DNA of 63,888 bases, the filler included, from Folioceros fuciformis (lineage: Eukaryota): assembly GCA_049999805.1 (NCBI GenBank). It is 7 parts of 7 records of this genome, joined end to end, with 100 filler letters (N's around TTAATTAATTAA, not from the genome) between each part and the next. Parts side by side here need not be neighbours in the genome. Positions count along the whole stretch, not along the records: positions 1 to 10,124 come from JBNGIO010004161.1; positions 10,225 to 20,825 come from JBNGIO010004162.1; 5 more parts are not named here. One strand, written 5' to 3'. A program made the translations under genes and the position numbers. Under the pieces are notes generated by a model, which saw nothing but the letters and a program-made list of their open reading frames with translations, ran no database searches and was not told the origin of the DNA. How positions within the stretch are numbered: the stretch's first letter is position 1; each line of letters opens with the position of its first letter. This document shows, piece by piece, positions 1-12,981 of the stretch.

Positions 1-2535
1 GGGCATGGGCATGGGAACGGGGCTGGAGGTGGCGTGGGCGGGGCTGAATTGAAGGGTTGCGACCCGATGCTGCAGGTGGAGATGCCGTCGACTGGCGTGG
101 ACGGCCTGCGGGAGGGCTCGGACGAGGCCGGGCCCAGCGAAAGGGTGTGGGGAGGAGCGGAGGAGGCGAGCCTCGGGGAAGGGCTGAAGGAGAGGATGGC
201 GGGTTGTAGAGACGGGCGAGTTGTGCGGGTCGGGCTGGTGAGCTCGAGGGAAAAGCGGGAGGACGAGGCTCGGGCCAGCGGGAGGCGGGATAAGGCCGAA
301 CTCGGGAGGTCGTTCCAGCTGGCCGTCAGCACGCATGACTGGGCTATGGCCGAAAGCTTTATCCCCCTGGCCGATGGGCAGAGGCTGAACGACGGGCTGT
401 GCATCGCTCTGGATTCGGTGTGGTTTTTGAGCAGTAAGGAGGAGCTGTTGGCGGCCACCAGGCTGATAGAGAGGCTCATCCAGGCGGGGGCTCAGGACTT
501 CACCCGGGCGGCTCTCAGGACGTCATTTCTGGCTTCCTGTGTGTCGGCTTGCAGAAGTCGGACCATGAGCTTGGCTGATACCGTCACTGTAATGGCACAA
601 AGGTATGAACAACAAGGTGAGGGAGGGCTGGGTTTGGGTGATTTGGGGTCTGGGCTGAGCGTGGGTTGAGTTGAGTTGGGTTGGCCTGGGCTGGGCTGGT
701 TTGGGTGTGGTCGTCTAGTGATGGGGGGACATGCGGGACATGCGGGACATGAAACACGAGTACAAAGTGCAATGCAGTTGCACGGCCATGGTTGGAATGC
801 TTTCAAATTGGTTGCTTCCTGAAGCACCTGCTGAGACAGCGAAGCAGCGCCTGCTCTGGCCACACCTGCAACGGTTGAATGTTCGATCTGTGTGCGGTGC
901 CAGCCAGTGAAGTGATCGATCATGAGATAGGATGGACTGATTGCTGGCTTATCATTTGTAGGAAACAAGCTTTCCTGATTCAGTTACTCTGTATTTAGCC
1001 TGTCGGAATCATTTTGGTGGTGGAAGCTTGATGTGAACTTGAGGCTTCCAGGTAAAGCATACGGTGACCACGGAAGATGGTTGGTTTCCAGGCCGTCGAT
1101 CTGGGGCAGAATCTGATGAGTCAGGTGGAGTTCATTGTGTAGGTTACGGGAGAGACTGCAAGAGTGCAATGGCGATGAGGTCCTCAAGGCTGAGGCTGCA
1201 GCCAAGGTGCAGAGGTTCACGGAGTGGGCTCTCAAGTGTATTGGCTCTCACTCCCGTGGGAGGGGCAGGAGTGAGGGGGAGGATGGTGGTGGAGTGAGCC
1301 ATGGCTCTTTCAGCGAGGCACGCCTCCAGCTCATGGCTTTCAAAAGGTTTTTGGAGCTGGCTGGGGATCGTTTGACCATCAAAGACTACACGGAAGCGTT
1401 TGATGCAGCTTGCTTTCCCTTGACCCTGTTTTCCAGTGCCATCGACCCTGGGTGGGCCACTGGGATCGCTGCCAATGCCATGCAGGGTTTGCTAGGTTTG
1501 CTTGTGGAGGGCGGTGCAGATAATGTCAACCAATGCTTTCTTGAGGCTGCTCGTTTTGGAAGTACAGAGCTTGTTCGCATCCTGCTCCAGGTACGTTTAA
1601 AGAGCACCCTGTATTGCGCACAATGCATTCCTCAAGAGGGACGGAACCCAGCAAGTCGATAAAAGGTTCGAAGTGGGAATTTTCGTCTGTTGCAGATTGC
1701 TCAGCAAAATCACGTGGAGCTGGATGTGGACTTAGCCCTGGGATTCGCCTCACATTACAGCAAGATCAGCACCATGGAGTGCCTGGTTGATGAAGGCCAT
1801 GGGGAAGCATTTTTAGGGCCACTCATGAGAGCAGCAGAGCGGGGATGCATGCAGGTGGTGCAGTGGTTTGTCCAACGGGGTTGTAAGGACATGGAGCTGT
1901 GTCTTGCACTCACAGCAGCTGCATCCAGCAGTCGTGTTGACATTGCAGCCTACCTTCTTGGTCATGTGCCTCGCCATGTTCTGCAGACTCTCAGTGCAGA
2001 GATATTGAAAGCAGCTGGAGAACGCAGTGGCGGTTCTCTCAAAGGCATAGCGTTCCTCCTGCAAGCTGACTTCCTCAACAATCCGGAGGCAACCTATAAG
2101 ATTGCGGACACCATTGCAAAGTCGGATGACGAAGCCATCACACCGGAGTTGCGGGCATTTCTCCAAGCAGAGTGGTCAGAGGAAGCCTTCATGCGTGGTC
2201 GTCTATTGGGTCAAGCTCATCACCTCAATGTGATGAGAGCTCTGAAACGAGGCACGTCCCCTCTGCATCTGCAGGAGCTGCCATTGCAGCTACAGGTCAC
2301 TGTAGCCTATCTCCCTCTGTACAAGGAGTGCATGGTTGCCAGTGGTGTCATTCTCTGCCAGTGGCTAAGAGGTCAGCTGGTGGAGGCTGCTCTGCGTCTG
2401 AATGCCGGCCAGTTGTGCTCATCTGAGGAAACCTTTATGAGGTCCAGTAAGAGGGCCCTGCTGGCGATCTTAGAGTCTCGCCTGCCGGGCTTCCTCTTGA
2501 CTGGCCCCAGCGCCAGCTCCAGCAGCGGGCAGTAG
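1..2535 (+). CDS. SKIP35: Ankyrin-repeat protein, SKIP35-like (5' end possibly outside window); exons <1-602, 1143-1590, 1696-2535
   Basis: Frame is open from base 1 (first ATG at 67). GT-AG introns 603-1142 and 1591-1695 join three ORFs in phase (MAQR/LRERLQECNGDEVLKAEA...ILLQ/IAQ). Motifs ALRTSFLASCVSAC, VNQCFLEAARFGSTELVRILL and LMRAAERGC match the plant SKIP35 family. Confidence 0.88.
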
Positions 2536-3262
2536 AGTTGAGAGTTTTGCTCGGTCAACGAGGGGTTTGTATTTATGACTAGGGAAGGAACTTCCTATAG
2601 TGTCTCTTTGATCGAATAAGCCTCGGCAGGGTCTTAGATTTCTGTACAGGTATAGTTGTCTTTGGCACATTGGCTGACCACTTCTGCGTCCACAGATGGT
2701 TTCTGGTGACAGAAGGCAAGCCTCACTTGATTAAAGCTGCCGGAGACCTGCCTCAATCCGCTTCAGGTGCAGGCGCTTTGTGCACCAACGTCAAATAGTA
2801 GCCATCACTAGATAATCCCAGCCCGTGGCTAAGTTGATGCTCATCACAAGAAAAAGACTGTCATCACTTCGACAGCCAAATCTTGCTCAGCAAGTCGGAC
2901 CCGCATCCCAGCTAGCACACGTCTACCTCGGAAAGAATAATGGGGTGAACTACGGACCAGCCCTGGACCAATGATAAAACAAGTCTGGTCCGCAGGAAAG
3001 ACGGCGACGGACTGGGGAAACATAGGACCATAGCTCAACATGTACCCACTCGCCGAATCACACTAGACAAAAACTCGACGGTGAACATGGATGCCAGGAG
3101 ACTTGAAACAACATGCCGTCCTCCAAACCCTTCCTCCCAGACCAAAGCAAGCAGGGTGCTGATGAAGGTTTGAAGTCTGTACTCTCGCTACTGCCTAAAC
3201 AGTGGAACAATACTGAGGGGAGAGCAGGGATTTGAGAAAGCCCGCGTAACTACAAAGGAAAA

Positions 3263-5288
3263 CTAATCCAACCTATCACGCACTCGGAGCCTGTCCCTTG
3301 CTCCTTCAGACTCGACACCACGACCCCTGTAAGTTCCTCTATCCCTGGCACGGTCCAGGTCCCTGTACCTGTCTCTTCGATCTCTGTCATTGTTTCTGCC
3401 TCGATCACGATCTCGACTTCGCTCTCTCTCTCTGTAGCCATCTCTGTCTAGATCCCTACCTCTTTCTGATTCATGCCACGAACGATCGCGGTCCTTTGGT
3501 CTCTCTCTGTCACGACTTCCATCTTTGTCCATGTCGTTGTCCAAATCACCATCCTTGAAAATCCGATGGCCATTTCTTCCATCCTCGTGATCACCACTCC
3601 TTTCTCGACACCTCTCTCTCTCCCAATCGCCGTCCTTGTCACCCCTGTCCTTGATTCTATCTTTCATTCTGCCAGATTCCGCGACACCAAACTCCTCAAC
3701 GTCCCATCCTGCCTTCCCGACCCCTAATACCGCCTGCTGGATATGAGCCTCTCCTTGCTTGGCTTTGACTCTGAACTTCTTCTTCAAATTGCCAAACTCA
3801 TCGTACATTTCCCCGTCATCCTGACAACAGCAATTAGCACAAGCTCACAGTAATAAGAGATGGAGATTTTGAACCACTTAACACAGAAAGTGACAAAACC
3901 GAGCAACTCACTTCTTCCAACTCCTTTCGCCTTCTACGTGTCTCCTCAATCTCTGCTTCATCAAATTCTTTGTAACCACCAGCTCTTCCTTCCCTGCAGG
4001 AGCCAGAAGAGGGTTATGGTTTTCAGAATACAGCATTACCGGGGGCAAAGTGACATACCAAAACGCTTCTTTCGGATGCCCCTGCCTTCGTGCATTGTTT
4101 CATACCTTGCACCACCTTCGTTGTGACCAGGCTTCGTCGTGTTGCAGATATTGCATTTTGTGCGCTTCGCCCAGTTGATATTTCCACACCTGTCCATTTA
4201 CAGACACAAACCATGAGAGACGGGAGCACGCACAAGGAGTTATCAAATATTGACGAATAATCCATGCTGAATATTTACTGACATGGGACAGTTCCAGTCA
4301 TTCGGACCAAACAGCCCCGGCGGGCCTCCAGGGCCTCGTGCACCACGACCGGCACCTTCTACACCTGCAACTGCTCCTCTCCCGCGACCACGACCTCCTC
4401 CAGCCCCACCTCCACCGCCAGAACCACCAGAGGGCCGAGCACTTCCACACCGATTACAAACGCCTCGGAATGCGAAATTGATGTTCGCACAGCTACACAT
4501 GTACAAAAGTATCAGGCAAGCGACAGTAAATCCAAACTGCCTCCACCAACACCAGGGGAAAACCACATTGCTTTCATATGACATCACACTTGCTCTTCAA
4601 TAGACACTGGTATAAAAACAGCAGCCACATCGCACTTCACTCGACCACCACACATAGGGTTCAAGGAGAATATTGAGCTGCTCACCGAAGTCATCACAGA
4701 CCTTGGATTTGGACATGGCCAATCCCCCTCCTGTTGCCAGGCTGCCTTTGCACCGGGATCCCCCCTGCCGCGACCTCTCCCTGCTAACCCTGCCTCCCCT
4801 GCCAAAGGGTCTTCCTCCGCATCCACCTCACCATGAACTTCCTCCTGTGGAGGCAGAGGAGGAGGCTCAGCTGCCTCCTTGTTCTTCGACTCTGCAATCG
4901 AGACACATATCACACTACCACGGAGCTCCGTGTTATTGAACCACTCCACTGCGGCAAATGCTGCATGCGGGTCCTCGTACGTGACAGTTGCATCTCCCTT
5001 CGGCTCATTTGTGGCCTTGTCCCGGTAAATCCAGATCTTAGGTCGGTTCGAACGCTTGTCTTTCTGCGAAGATTTGAGTACCACAGCCACAGCCATAAAT
5101 AGGTCACAGTGCACTCAGATCCTTGATCACACAAATCTTGACTGCAAAGCGGCACCGACGTCACGTACCTTGATCAATCCAATCTGCCCGAAATGCTCAG
5201 CCAAAAGCACCTCATCCGTCCCGGGAGGGAGGTTGCTCACGTAGATGGCACTTCTGACAGGCAATGGACCCGTGCCAACGCCCGTCAT
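3263..5288 (-). CDS. TAF15: TBP-associated factor 15 (RRM, two RanBP2 zinc fingers, RD-rich tail); exons 5288-5169, 5063-4702, 4492-4283, 4189-4106, 3993-3912, 3820-3263
   Basis: RRM IYVSNLPPGTDE...KGDATVTYEDPHAAFAAVEWFN. RanBP2 fingers [24 protein letters not shown] and NDWNCPMCGNINWAKRTKCNIC. DDGEMYDEFGNLKKKFR block. All five introns are GT-AG and phase-compatible. Confidence 0.93.
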
Positions 5289-6090
5289 GCTGAAGAAGCC
5301 TCGGGATGTCCACCATGCACCCAGATCGCAACACCGGAATGGAGGGCGCTGTGATGCGAAAGCAGAACGGCGCACGGACGCGAGCCACGGAAACCCACTT
5401 ACTCTATGGTCAAGAGTCAAACACTTTCTGTTCCCTGCTGCTTCTGGTGCGATGTAACAGTGTCTCCCCTGCCCTAGGTAGGGCCTAAAAGCCTTATTTC
5501 TTGAACCGTAGCTTCGCAGGGTTTGCAGACAATCCTCACGTACATCCATAAAAACCTTCTCGGAAAACGCAGATGGTAGAAAAGGCGAGTCCGAAGGAAA
5601 CAAATACATACCACGATGAGGCCTCGTTCAAGGAAGGTCGGTTCTAACCCCTTGTGGCTTTCATAAATAAATATGAGATCTTTGTATTTATAAATTTATA
5701 TACATACATATTTTAGAGAATGTAATCCGAAGACTACATAGAACATAAGGGAGATCCTATAGGGCTCCAAACAAGAGGCTCCAAACAAGACATGCAAGCC
5801 ATGCCAAGACACTAAGCCAATAAAACTGGCAACAGCTTGAAAAAATCTTACAAGAAGCAAGGCCCTCAAGCATACTAGGGAACAAAATCCTTCATAGTGA
5901 GTTGCCTCACTAAGATGTTACTACGCTTACCAAGCTTTGCAAAGTCTTAGATAAGAGTTTGAGAACAATAGAGAATGTAAAACAATTAGAGTTGTCTCGA
6001 TGAAAGTTCCATCTAAGAGGTATGATGGTGATGAGAAAACCTGCTATTTGTCCAACTTAGTTTGATGTGTTGTGGTCGAGTAGCGTGGAC

Positions 6091-6294
6091 CTATGCTTAC
6101 TCCATTCAAAGTTTGTTCCCATATGAAGTACGAAACTTGTGCATCTATGCTTACTCCATTCAAAGTTTATTCCCATATGAAGTAGGAAACTTGTGCATCT
6201 ATGCTTACTCCATNNNNNNNNNNTTATTCCCATATGAAGTAGGAAACTTGTGCATCTATGCTTACTCCATACAAAGTTTATTCCCATATGAAGT
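6091..6294. repeat. 54-bp tandem minisatellite (at least 4 copies, spans a small gap); diverged copies near 6720-6855
   Basis: Unit CTATGCTTACTCCATTCAAAGTTTATTCCCATATGAAGTAGGAAACTTGTGCAT starts at 6091, 6145 and 6199, with no spacers. Confidence 0.9.
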
Positions 6295-7429
6295 AAGCTT
6301 AGTGCCTACGAAATGTCCACATTTGTGTTCTTCTTCCCCTATGAGAGTGGCAAATGAGGAAGACACCCTCTGCACCACAATGTGGCTGCTCGTATGCACA
6401 GCAACTTGATTGTACTGGAAGCCTTAGAGAATGAATGCTAATTGAATGTCATTGTTGATTCTGTACCTCCAGTATGCTACATGACACCGTGACAATCTTT
6501 GCAATGGAGAAAAAACAATGTGGCTACTCTACAAAATAACAGGATGTACCGGTGAAAGGCATTGCCCATAGGCCATGAGGGCACTAAATGTTGGCGCGAA
6601 AAGCGGAAAGGAGGGTTGGGGAGGGCCAAAACTAATTGGGGAACCTTTCCTCCCTCCAAAAGCGGACTGCCCTGTTTTTTAGTAGTTTTGGTTTTGTTTC
6701 AGCCACATAGAAAGCGGCTCTTACTCCATTCAGAGTCTATTCGCACATGAACTAGGAAACTTGAAGGTATTGGTAATAACCCATATGCATGCACTCACAT
6801 TCAAACCTTAGTCCTAGATGAAGTAGGAAATTTGAAGGTATTAGTAATAACCCACAAGCATACACCCAAATGTTACAGCAATCCAATGTATCCAAAGATG
6901 TTCCATAGTGCTACCCCAAAGGACCCACCACCACTAAAGCTAGAGGAAGGGCTACTAAAACAAGCTATCAATTCCAAAACGAACAATAGGTTTTGGGAGC
7001 ACAATGGAAGAGTTTTAGAGAATAAGTATAAGCCAGCTTTTCATAACCTTCTAAAAGGCTCAAGCTTTTATAAGGGCAATGGAAAACCAGTTAGTCGAAG
7101 TATGGGGCCAAGAATGAGCTCAATAGACTAGCGTACACTTCAAAATGTGAAAGTTACTACTATGAGATATCCACCCTTACATAATGGAGAGATGGAGAAC
7201 GACATTCAAAGGTGTTCATTGATTGGTATGGGAGAATTTGCAACAAGGCTAATATGGGAGAATTTGCAACAAGGCTAAATAAATAAGAGGCAGCGCAGTC
7301 CAATAGAAGGTAAGGAATGAGTAGATTTAGGGTTTAGGGTTCTTATTGAGAACAATCATCGAATTGTTGCACAACTTGCAAAGTCTTCAAGTACATGACA
7401 ATATACATACTCACCTAATTGGTCTTCCC

Positions 7430-8400
7430 CCAAGTATGATATATTGTACAAATAGTTGTTGCATTCAGCTCCATTTATTGTTAAATTATAAAAGAAGCTT
7501 CTTTTCTAAAGCCACTAAGTCCACGATTATCTATCCCCCTTTAATGTACGCGATCTAACCAAACTTAACCTACATAGCTTTGTCTATCATACACATTTTT
7601 AACCTTCTTCAACCAATCTCGTAACCATACATGACAAACGTGGTACGAGCACAAAAAGATTAGTATGTCCGATGGCTAGATCTCCCTTAAAGCACATATC
7701 TTTACAATGCAATCATCAACCAAAGAATGTAAATAGCAACAATCTCGAGATGATTAAAGAACTCTCATGCATAAAGAAGTAAGCCATGAGACTAAAGTCC
7801 TTATGATTGCTTCTTGTGTGAGAACCCATGTAAATGATATTCTATTTTGATGTCGATCAAACACCATAATAGTAAATAGTTTGTATATATATTTGTTTAC
7901 CTAAAGTGAAGTCCATAGCAAATAAATTTTTATGTCCTTCATAATAATGAATGTTTGCAAGCCTAGGCAAAGGCTCTCTCTCCACAAAGCTATGAAATAT
8001 AAACACGTCATGTAACTGCATTCACATTCCTACACTAAAGTAATCATCCTTATGATACCTCTACTCAATTTTCTCCACCTCTCTAGCTATAGTGTAGAGA
8101 TAATCCCGTGTGAGGAAGTGGTTCCCTACCCTCCCTACCCTCGAGGTGTTATGGATTGATGAAGCAAAAATACAATATTTAGCTATAACATGTAATGATG
8201 TCGTAAAATCTCATTAATAGACACATGACAATATAAACAATGTCTCGCCCAAGCATTCTTCTCTACAGACAAACATGGGGCTTTAGTATCTTGAACTATG
8301 TTTATATCGAATGAATCATGACAAACAAGAAACTTGATTTCAACAAGTCTACTTTCATAGAGCAAAATATGGGTAATAGATGGCTATAAATACAAGTTTT
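7430..8400 (-). pseudogene. Highly degenerate Mutator-like (MULE) transposase remnant
   Basis: Minus-strand translation across frameshifts gives MDFTLG..(Y)KLFTIMVFDRHQNRISFTWVLT (about 7916-7815), LVDD (about 7720) and CSYHVCHVWLRDWLKKVKN (CxxH motif, about 7652-7596). This is the order of the MULE DDE core. Boundaries are approximate. Confidence 0.65.
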
Positions 8401-9744
8401 TTCATTGTAAAACTAGCTTAATATTTATGTTCAATGCTCTCTCTAGCTACTAGCAGTGATTGCCTTTTATTAGGTAGAGGGCGTTTTGAGTAGCAGCCAG
8501 CATGTAAGCATAGTAATTCTTACATTCGTAATAACAACAGTGCTTAATCAATTAACATGAGAGTGAGAAACTTTTGGATTTAAAAGTTATTGTAAGTTAA
8601 AAAAATCATTTACAAATAAAGACCTTGTCAACTTACATTAAAACGAACATACAAAGCACACCATTTAGTTTTGTGTCCAAAACTAGGAATGATATATATA
8701 ACATGACCAAATAAACAAAGATAAAGAAAAACCAAAGAAAAAGAAACGTTTGAATTCAACATCTTGTATGAACCTTTTTAAAATTTAACAAAAAGGGCAT
8801 TGTTAGAATTGTCTCAACAAGATAATTAGTTTAAGGTATGATTTATCAAAGATTAAAAGATGTTGAAAAAAGGTTTGAGCTATGAAAGATAAGTGCTTAA
8901 ATTCCATGATAAGAGAAAAGAACATCAAGCAATTGCACTGCTAAATTGATGAGTATACTCTTTAGCTTATTGGTTCGTGACAATTGGTTCAAACTCTTGC
9001 AAAATTGGTGGAGTAAGTCGCAAAATGCATTTGTAAACCAAAACCTTGTAAACTCATATTGGAAAAAAGTACGCAAAGTACATTATTCCATGCCCCTCAC
9101 TCGCAGCTACGAAATTGAACTAGAAGAACATTAGAGGGCTACACTTCTATATCACTCTCCTTTAGGATTGTGAAGGTGAGCACAAAAAAAAAACCCTGCT
9201 TATTAAAATTATATGAGAGAATCAAGTAAAGGATTATTAGAGGGATTTATCAACTATCCAATTGTTGGACTATTTTAAAGTAGACACTTAAGAAATAGCA
9301 AAGAATAAATGATGACTTAAGAAATAACAAATCATAAATAATTTGGTTGAAGATGATGGCTTTGCGGACATGAAAGACCAACGTTTGAAAAGTCTAGACA
9401 TAGTTATACATTTGGAGTCAAGCCTTGAACAATATGTGTGAGATTGAGATATTAATTTAGTATATGGAAGCTTATTCGAGAGTGCTTAAGCATAAGCAAA
9501 ATCTATGCCTCTCTTGATGTAGGATGTATGTGGTATTCGCCAACGCTTGTTGTAGAGCAATGGAAACCCGAGTGCCCAAAGAATGCTACAATATACGAAA
9601 GAGGAAGACCAAGCCCATTTTTCCTATTATGAACCGCCTTGGCACAAAACTTTAAAAACTTGGAAAATGCCTTGCACATGGCCTTGTGGGTTTCAATAGC
9701 AAGGGGAATAAAGGTGTGTCTGACCCGTAGAAGGGTGTGCTTGT

Positions 9745-9856
9745 CAATCTTAGCCGATGCCTTCCCCTCTAATATCCAACCCGGGGAGAATTAAAGACAA
9801 CAATCTTAGCCGATGCCTTCCCCCCTAATATCCAACCCGAGGAATTGAGGACAACA
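9745..9856. repeat. Two-copy tandem repeat, about 56-bp unit
   Basis: CAATCTTAGCCGATGCCTTCCCC(T/C)CTAATATCCAACCC at 9745 and 9801. Confidence 0.85.
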
Positions 9857-10124
9857 TACGAGACCCATGTGGAGTCATGCACGACCATGTGAGCAATAGA
9901 TACCCATTATTCTCCTAGATGAGGAAAAGGCCAGCCCAACGAGAAACTCCATTAAGTAGAGTGTATGGGTGCTCCCTATAAGGAAGAAAACTAGGGCCCT
10001 TGGCCAATGAAAGTATGACATCCTGCATAGTGTCCTTCATCCAATCCCCTAAATCAACGTATTAGCTATGAATACTTTATATGTCATAATATATTAACTT
10101 TATCATTTTCAAAACATTTAAAAG

Positions 10125-10224
10125 NNNNNNNNNNNNNNNNNNNNNNNNNNNNNNNNNNNNNNNNNNNNTTAATTAATTAANNNNNNNNNNNNNNNNNNNN
10201 NNNNNNNNNNNNNNNNNNNNNNNN
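10125..10224. other. Artificial contig-joining spacer (N44-TTAATTAATTAA-N44)
   Basis: Six-frame-stop linker. Identical spacers lie at 20826-20925, 32807-32906, 42723-42822, 49880-49979 and 60029-60128. Confidence 0.97.
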
Positions 10225-10397
10225 AGCTGGAGGCGGCGAGTTTGGCACGCCCATGAGGCAGAGCTGTTCTCAGTTGCCGGCGTTTCCTTTCTAGTGCCGG
10301 GTGGCGCCGGGGGATCTTGCCATGTAGGTGTACAAGGTGCGCAATTCAGGGTCAGATCCATGGTTTTGCTGCTCCTGTCCGGGATACTCGGCAGACA

Positions 10398-12536
10398 ATG
10401 GGCGCTGGGAACAAAAAATTTGTGAGGTTTCAGAGCGAGCAGAGCGATCTCGAATCCGAGAGGTCCTTTGGCAGGGGTCACAACGGGAGATTCATGGGAT
10501 GGTCCCCTGGCAGCTCCGTCAGGAGTGGCTGGCTCAGGAGTTCCAGGAGCCTGTGGAACCTCGGCCGTTCGGTGCGGCATAGTGTGTCCAGAGTTTTTGC
10601 CGAGGATCACGATGCAGCCAACGCCAAGATTTTGGACCCGCGGAGCAACATTGTGCAGAATTGGAACCGCTTGTTTCTGGTTTCCACTCTGTGTGCTGTG
10701 TTTATCGATCCTCTCTTCTTCTTCCTCCCCGTGGTGTCGGATGATGGATCGTGCATTCGTATCCAACACTCTCTGGCTATTGTAATTACGGTGCTGCGGA
10801 CCATCACCGACACGATCTACTTGTTTCATATGTTTCTGCAGTTCCGGACGGCGTTCATAGCTCCTTCTTCCAGAGTGTTCGGGAGAGGAGAACTGGTGGT
10901 GAATCCGCAGCAGATTGCCCGACGGTACCTGACCAAGGACTTCTGGCTAGACCTGCTTGCTGTGTTGCCGCTGCCGCAAGTGGTGATCTGGTTCGTGATC
11001 CCGACGCTAAAGGGGACCACTGCAGACAACACCAAGAATGCTTTGCGGTTTATCGTCTTCTGTCAGTATCTTCCGAGGTTGTTCCGGCTGTATCCTCTAA
11101 GTGCGCAGCTCGTCAGGACTACGGGGGTGGTGATGAAGACCGCTTGGGCAGGAGCTGCGTACAATTTGTTGCTCTACATTCTGGCAAGCCATGTGATTGG
11201 GGCCTGTTGGTATTTGCTTGCCATCGAGAGACAGGACACATGTTGGCGGAAGGAGTGCCGGAATCAGGCAAACACCACCGGTTGCAAGGTTGCTTACTTG
11301 GATTGTTCGAGCAGGGATGATGCTGACAGGCAGAGGTGGCTCACCAGCACCAACTTAACCAGTCTTTGCGATGGATCTGGTACCTTCAATTTTGGCATTT
11401 ATTCTGACGCGCTGACGAACCAGATCAATACGAATCCCAACTTTTTTCAGAAGTACATCTTCTGTCTTTGGTGGGGCTTGAGGAACTTGAGTGCATTGGG
11501 GCAGAACCTAGCAACCAGCACTTTCGTGGGTGAGATAATGTTCGCAATCGCCATTGGGATCTTTGGCCTGCTCCTGTTTGCCCTTTTGATCGGAAACATG
11601 CAAACCTACCTTCAGTCCTTGACTGTGAGACTGGAGGAGATGAGGGTGAAACGGAGGGATGCCGAGCAATGGATGCGGCACAGGCAGCTGCCGATGGACC
11701 TTCGCCATCGTGTCCGAAGATATGACCAGTACAAGTGGATGGCAACCAGGGGAGTTGATGAGGATGTGCTTGTGAACAGCTGGCCTCCAGATCTTCGAAG
11801 GGACATCAAGAGGCATCTGTGCTATGACCTGGTCAGGCGGGTGCCTCTGTTTAGCCAAATGGACGAACAGCTGCTGGATGCGATCTGCGAGAGGCTCAAG
11901 CCTGCCCTCTACACTGAAGACACTTACGTTGTGAGAGAGGGGGATCCCGTGCACAGCATGCTCTTCATCATCAGAGGCCGTCTGGAGAGCTCAACCACGA
12001 ACGGAGGGAGAACTGGTTTCCTGAATGTGGGCCAGCTGGACCCAGGGAGTTTCTGTGGAGAAGAACTGTTGACTTGGGCGTTGGATAAGAACATCAAAAG
12101 CTTGCCATCCTCCACTCGGACGGTGAAATCTATGGTGGAGGTGGAGGCGTTCGCTCTGCAGGCACAGGACTTGAAGATTGTGGCCGGCCAGTTTAGGAGG
12201 CTGCACAGTAAGCAGTTGCAACAAACGTTCAGGTATTATTCCCACCAGTGGAGGACCTGGGCTGCTTGCTTCATCCAGGCGGCTTGGAGACGATACCAGA
12301 GACGCAGACTTGCCGCCTTGCGACGGCAGGAAGAGGAGGCTTCTTTACAAGAAGCGATGCTTGGCACCATCCAAACAAATAGCTTGGGTGCTGCCATGTT
12401 GGCCTCCCGTTTCGCTGCTAGGGGCATGAGGGGTGTTCAAAGGCTCCGCAGCATGCGTGCTGCTGAGCTCTCACCTCACCTCCCTACGATGCCTAAGCCC
12501 GATGAACCAGATTTCTCTGTGGACGAGGATGACTAA
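10398..12536 (+). CDS. CNGC: Cyclic nucleotide-gated cation channel (group I-III type), single-exon CDS of about 712 aa
   Basis: Uninterrupted ORF from ATG 10398 (MGAGNKKFVRF). Six TM segments, pore WWGLRNLSALGQNL, C-linker, cNMP-binding domain (FCGEELLTWAL, LPSSTRTV), IQ motif CFIQAAWRRY and C-terminal KPDEPDFS. Confidence 0.96.
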   Translation: MGAGNKKFVRFQSEQSDLESERSFGRGHNGRFMGWSPGSSVRSGWLRSSRSLWNLGRSVRHSVSRVFAEDHDAANAKILDPRSNIVQNWNRLFLVSTLCAVFIDPLFFFLPVVSDDGSCIRIQHSLAIVITVLRTITDTIYLFHMFLQFRTAFIAPSSRVFGRGELVVNPQQIARRYLTKDFWLDLLAVLPLPQVVIWFVIPTLKGTTADNTKNALRFIVFCQYLPRLFRLYPLSAQLVRTTGVVMKTAWAGAAYNLLLYILASHVIGACWYLLAIERQDTCWRKECRNQANTTGCKVAYLDCSSRDDADRQRWLTSTNLTSLCDGSGTFNFGIYSDALTNQINTNPNFFQKYIFCLWWGLRNLSALGQNLATSTFVGEIMFAIAIGIFGLLLFALLIGNMQTYLQSLTVRLEEMRVKRRDAEQWMRHRQLPMDLRHRVRRYDQYKWMATRGVDEDVLVNSWPPDLRRDIKRHLCYDLVRRVPLFSQMDEQLLDAICERLKPALYTEDTYVVREGDPVHSMLFIIRGRLESSTTNGGRTGFLNVGQLDPGSFCGEELLTWALDKNIKSLPSSTRTVKSMVEVEAFALQAQDLKIVAGQFRRLHSKQLQQTFRYYSHQWRTWAACFIQAAWRRYQRRRLAALRRQEEEASLQEAMLGTIQTNSLGAAMLASRFAARGMRGVQRLRSMRAAELSPHLPTMPKPDEPDFSVDEDD

Positions 12537-12981
12537 CTGCAGCTGCCTGGGTTGCTGGTGACGAAATGAAAGGAGCAGCGGGGAAGGTGATTTGTTTCAC
12601 GGTGTTTTTTTTTCCCCCCCTACACCCTTGTCTTCCTATGGCTGCATCCCTAGGTGAAGACTTGCGGCCTATGTAACTATATTGGCGTTGGCTCAGGGGA
12701 TTAGATGGGGTTCTGGGATTCCGGATCGATGCCTCAATCAAAGGGTGCTTGTGTCATCGAGTCCATTGGGTAGATACGTAGTGATTCCTTTGCTTCGTCC
12801 AAGTCTTAGGCACCGTCTTCAGGTTCTTGTAAAAATTTGTTCTCCAATTCTATATTTGTTTGAATGTTACGGACTATGAATTGCATTTCTTGCCAAGAAG
12901 TGTAATTCGTAGGAGGCATAGCCAATTTGATGGCCGTCTCTGTTGGAAGGCAATAAGGAAACGTGCTCAACCTTTCTCACA

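Noticed and set aside
6091..6294. CRISPR-like appearance of regular repeats (also 36981-37107 and 53023-53385)
   Set aside because: Head-to-tail units without unique spacers, no cas genes, and a eukaryotic context.
7326..7340. TTTAGGG telomere-like repeats
   Set aside because: Only two units, which is common by chance or as a telo-box, and not an interstitial telomere array.
12867..12981. Possible frameshifted DYW domain downstream of the PPR stop
   Set aside because: No HxE, CxxC or DYW-like terminus is visible downstream of the stop.
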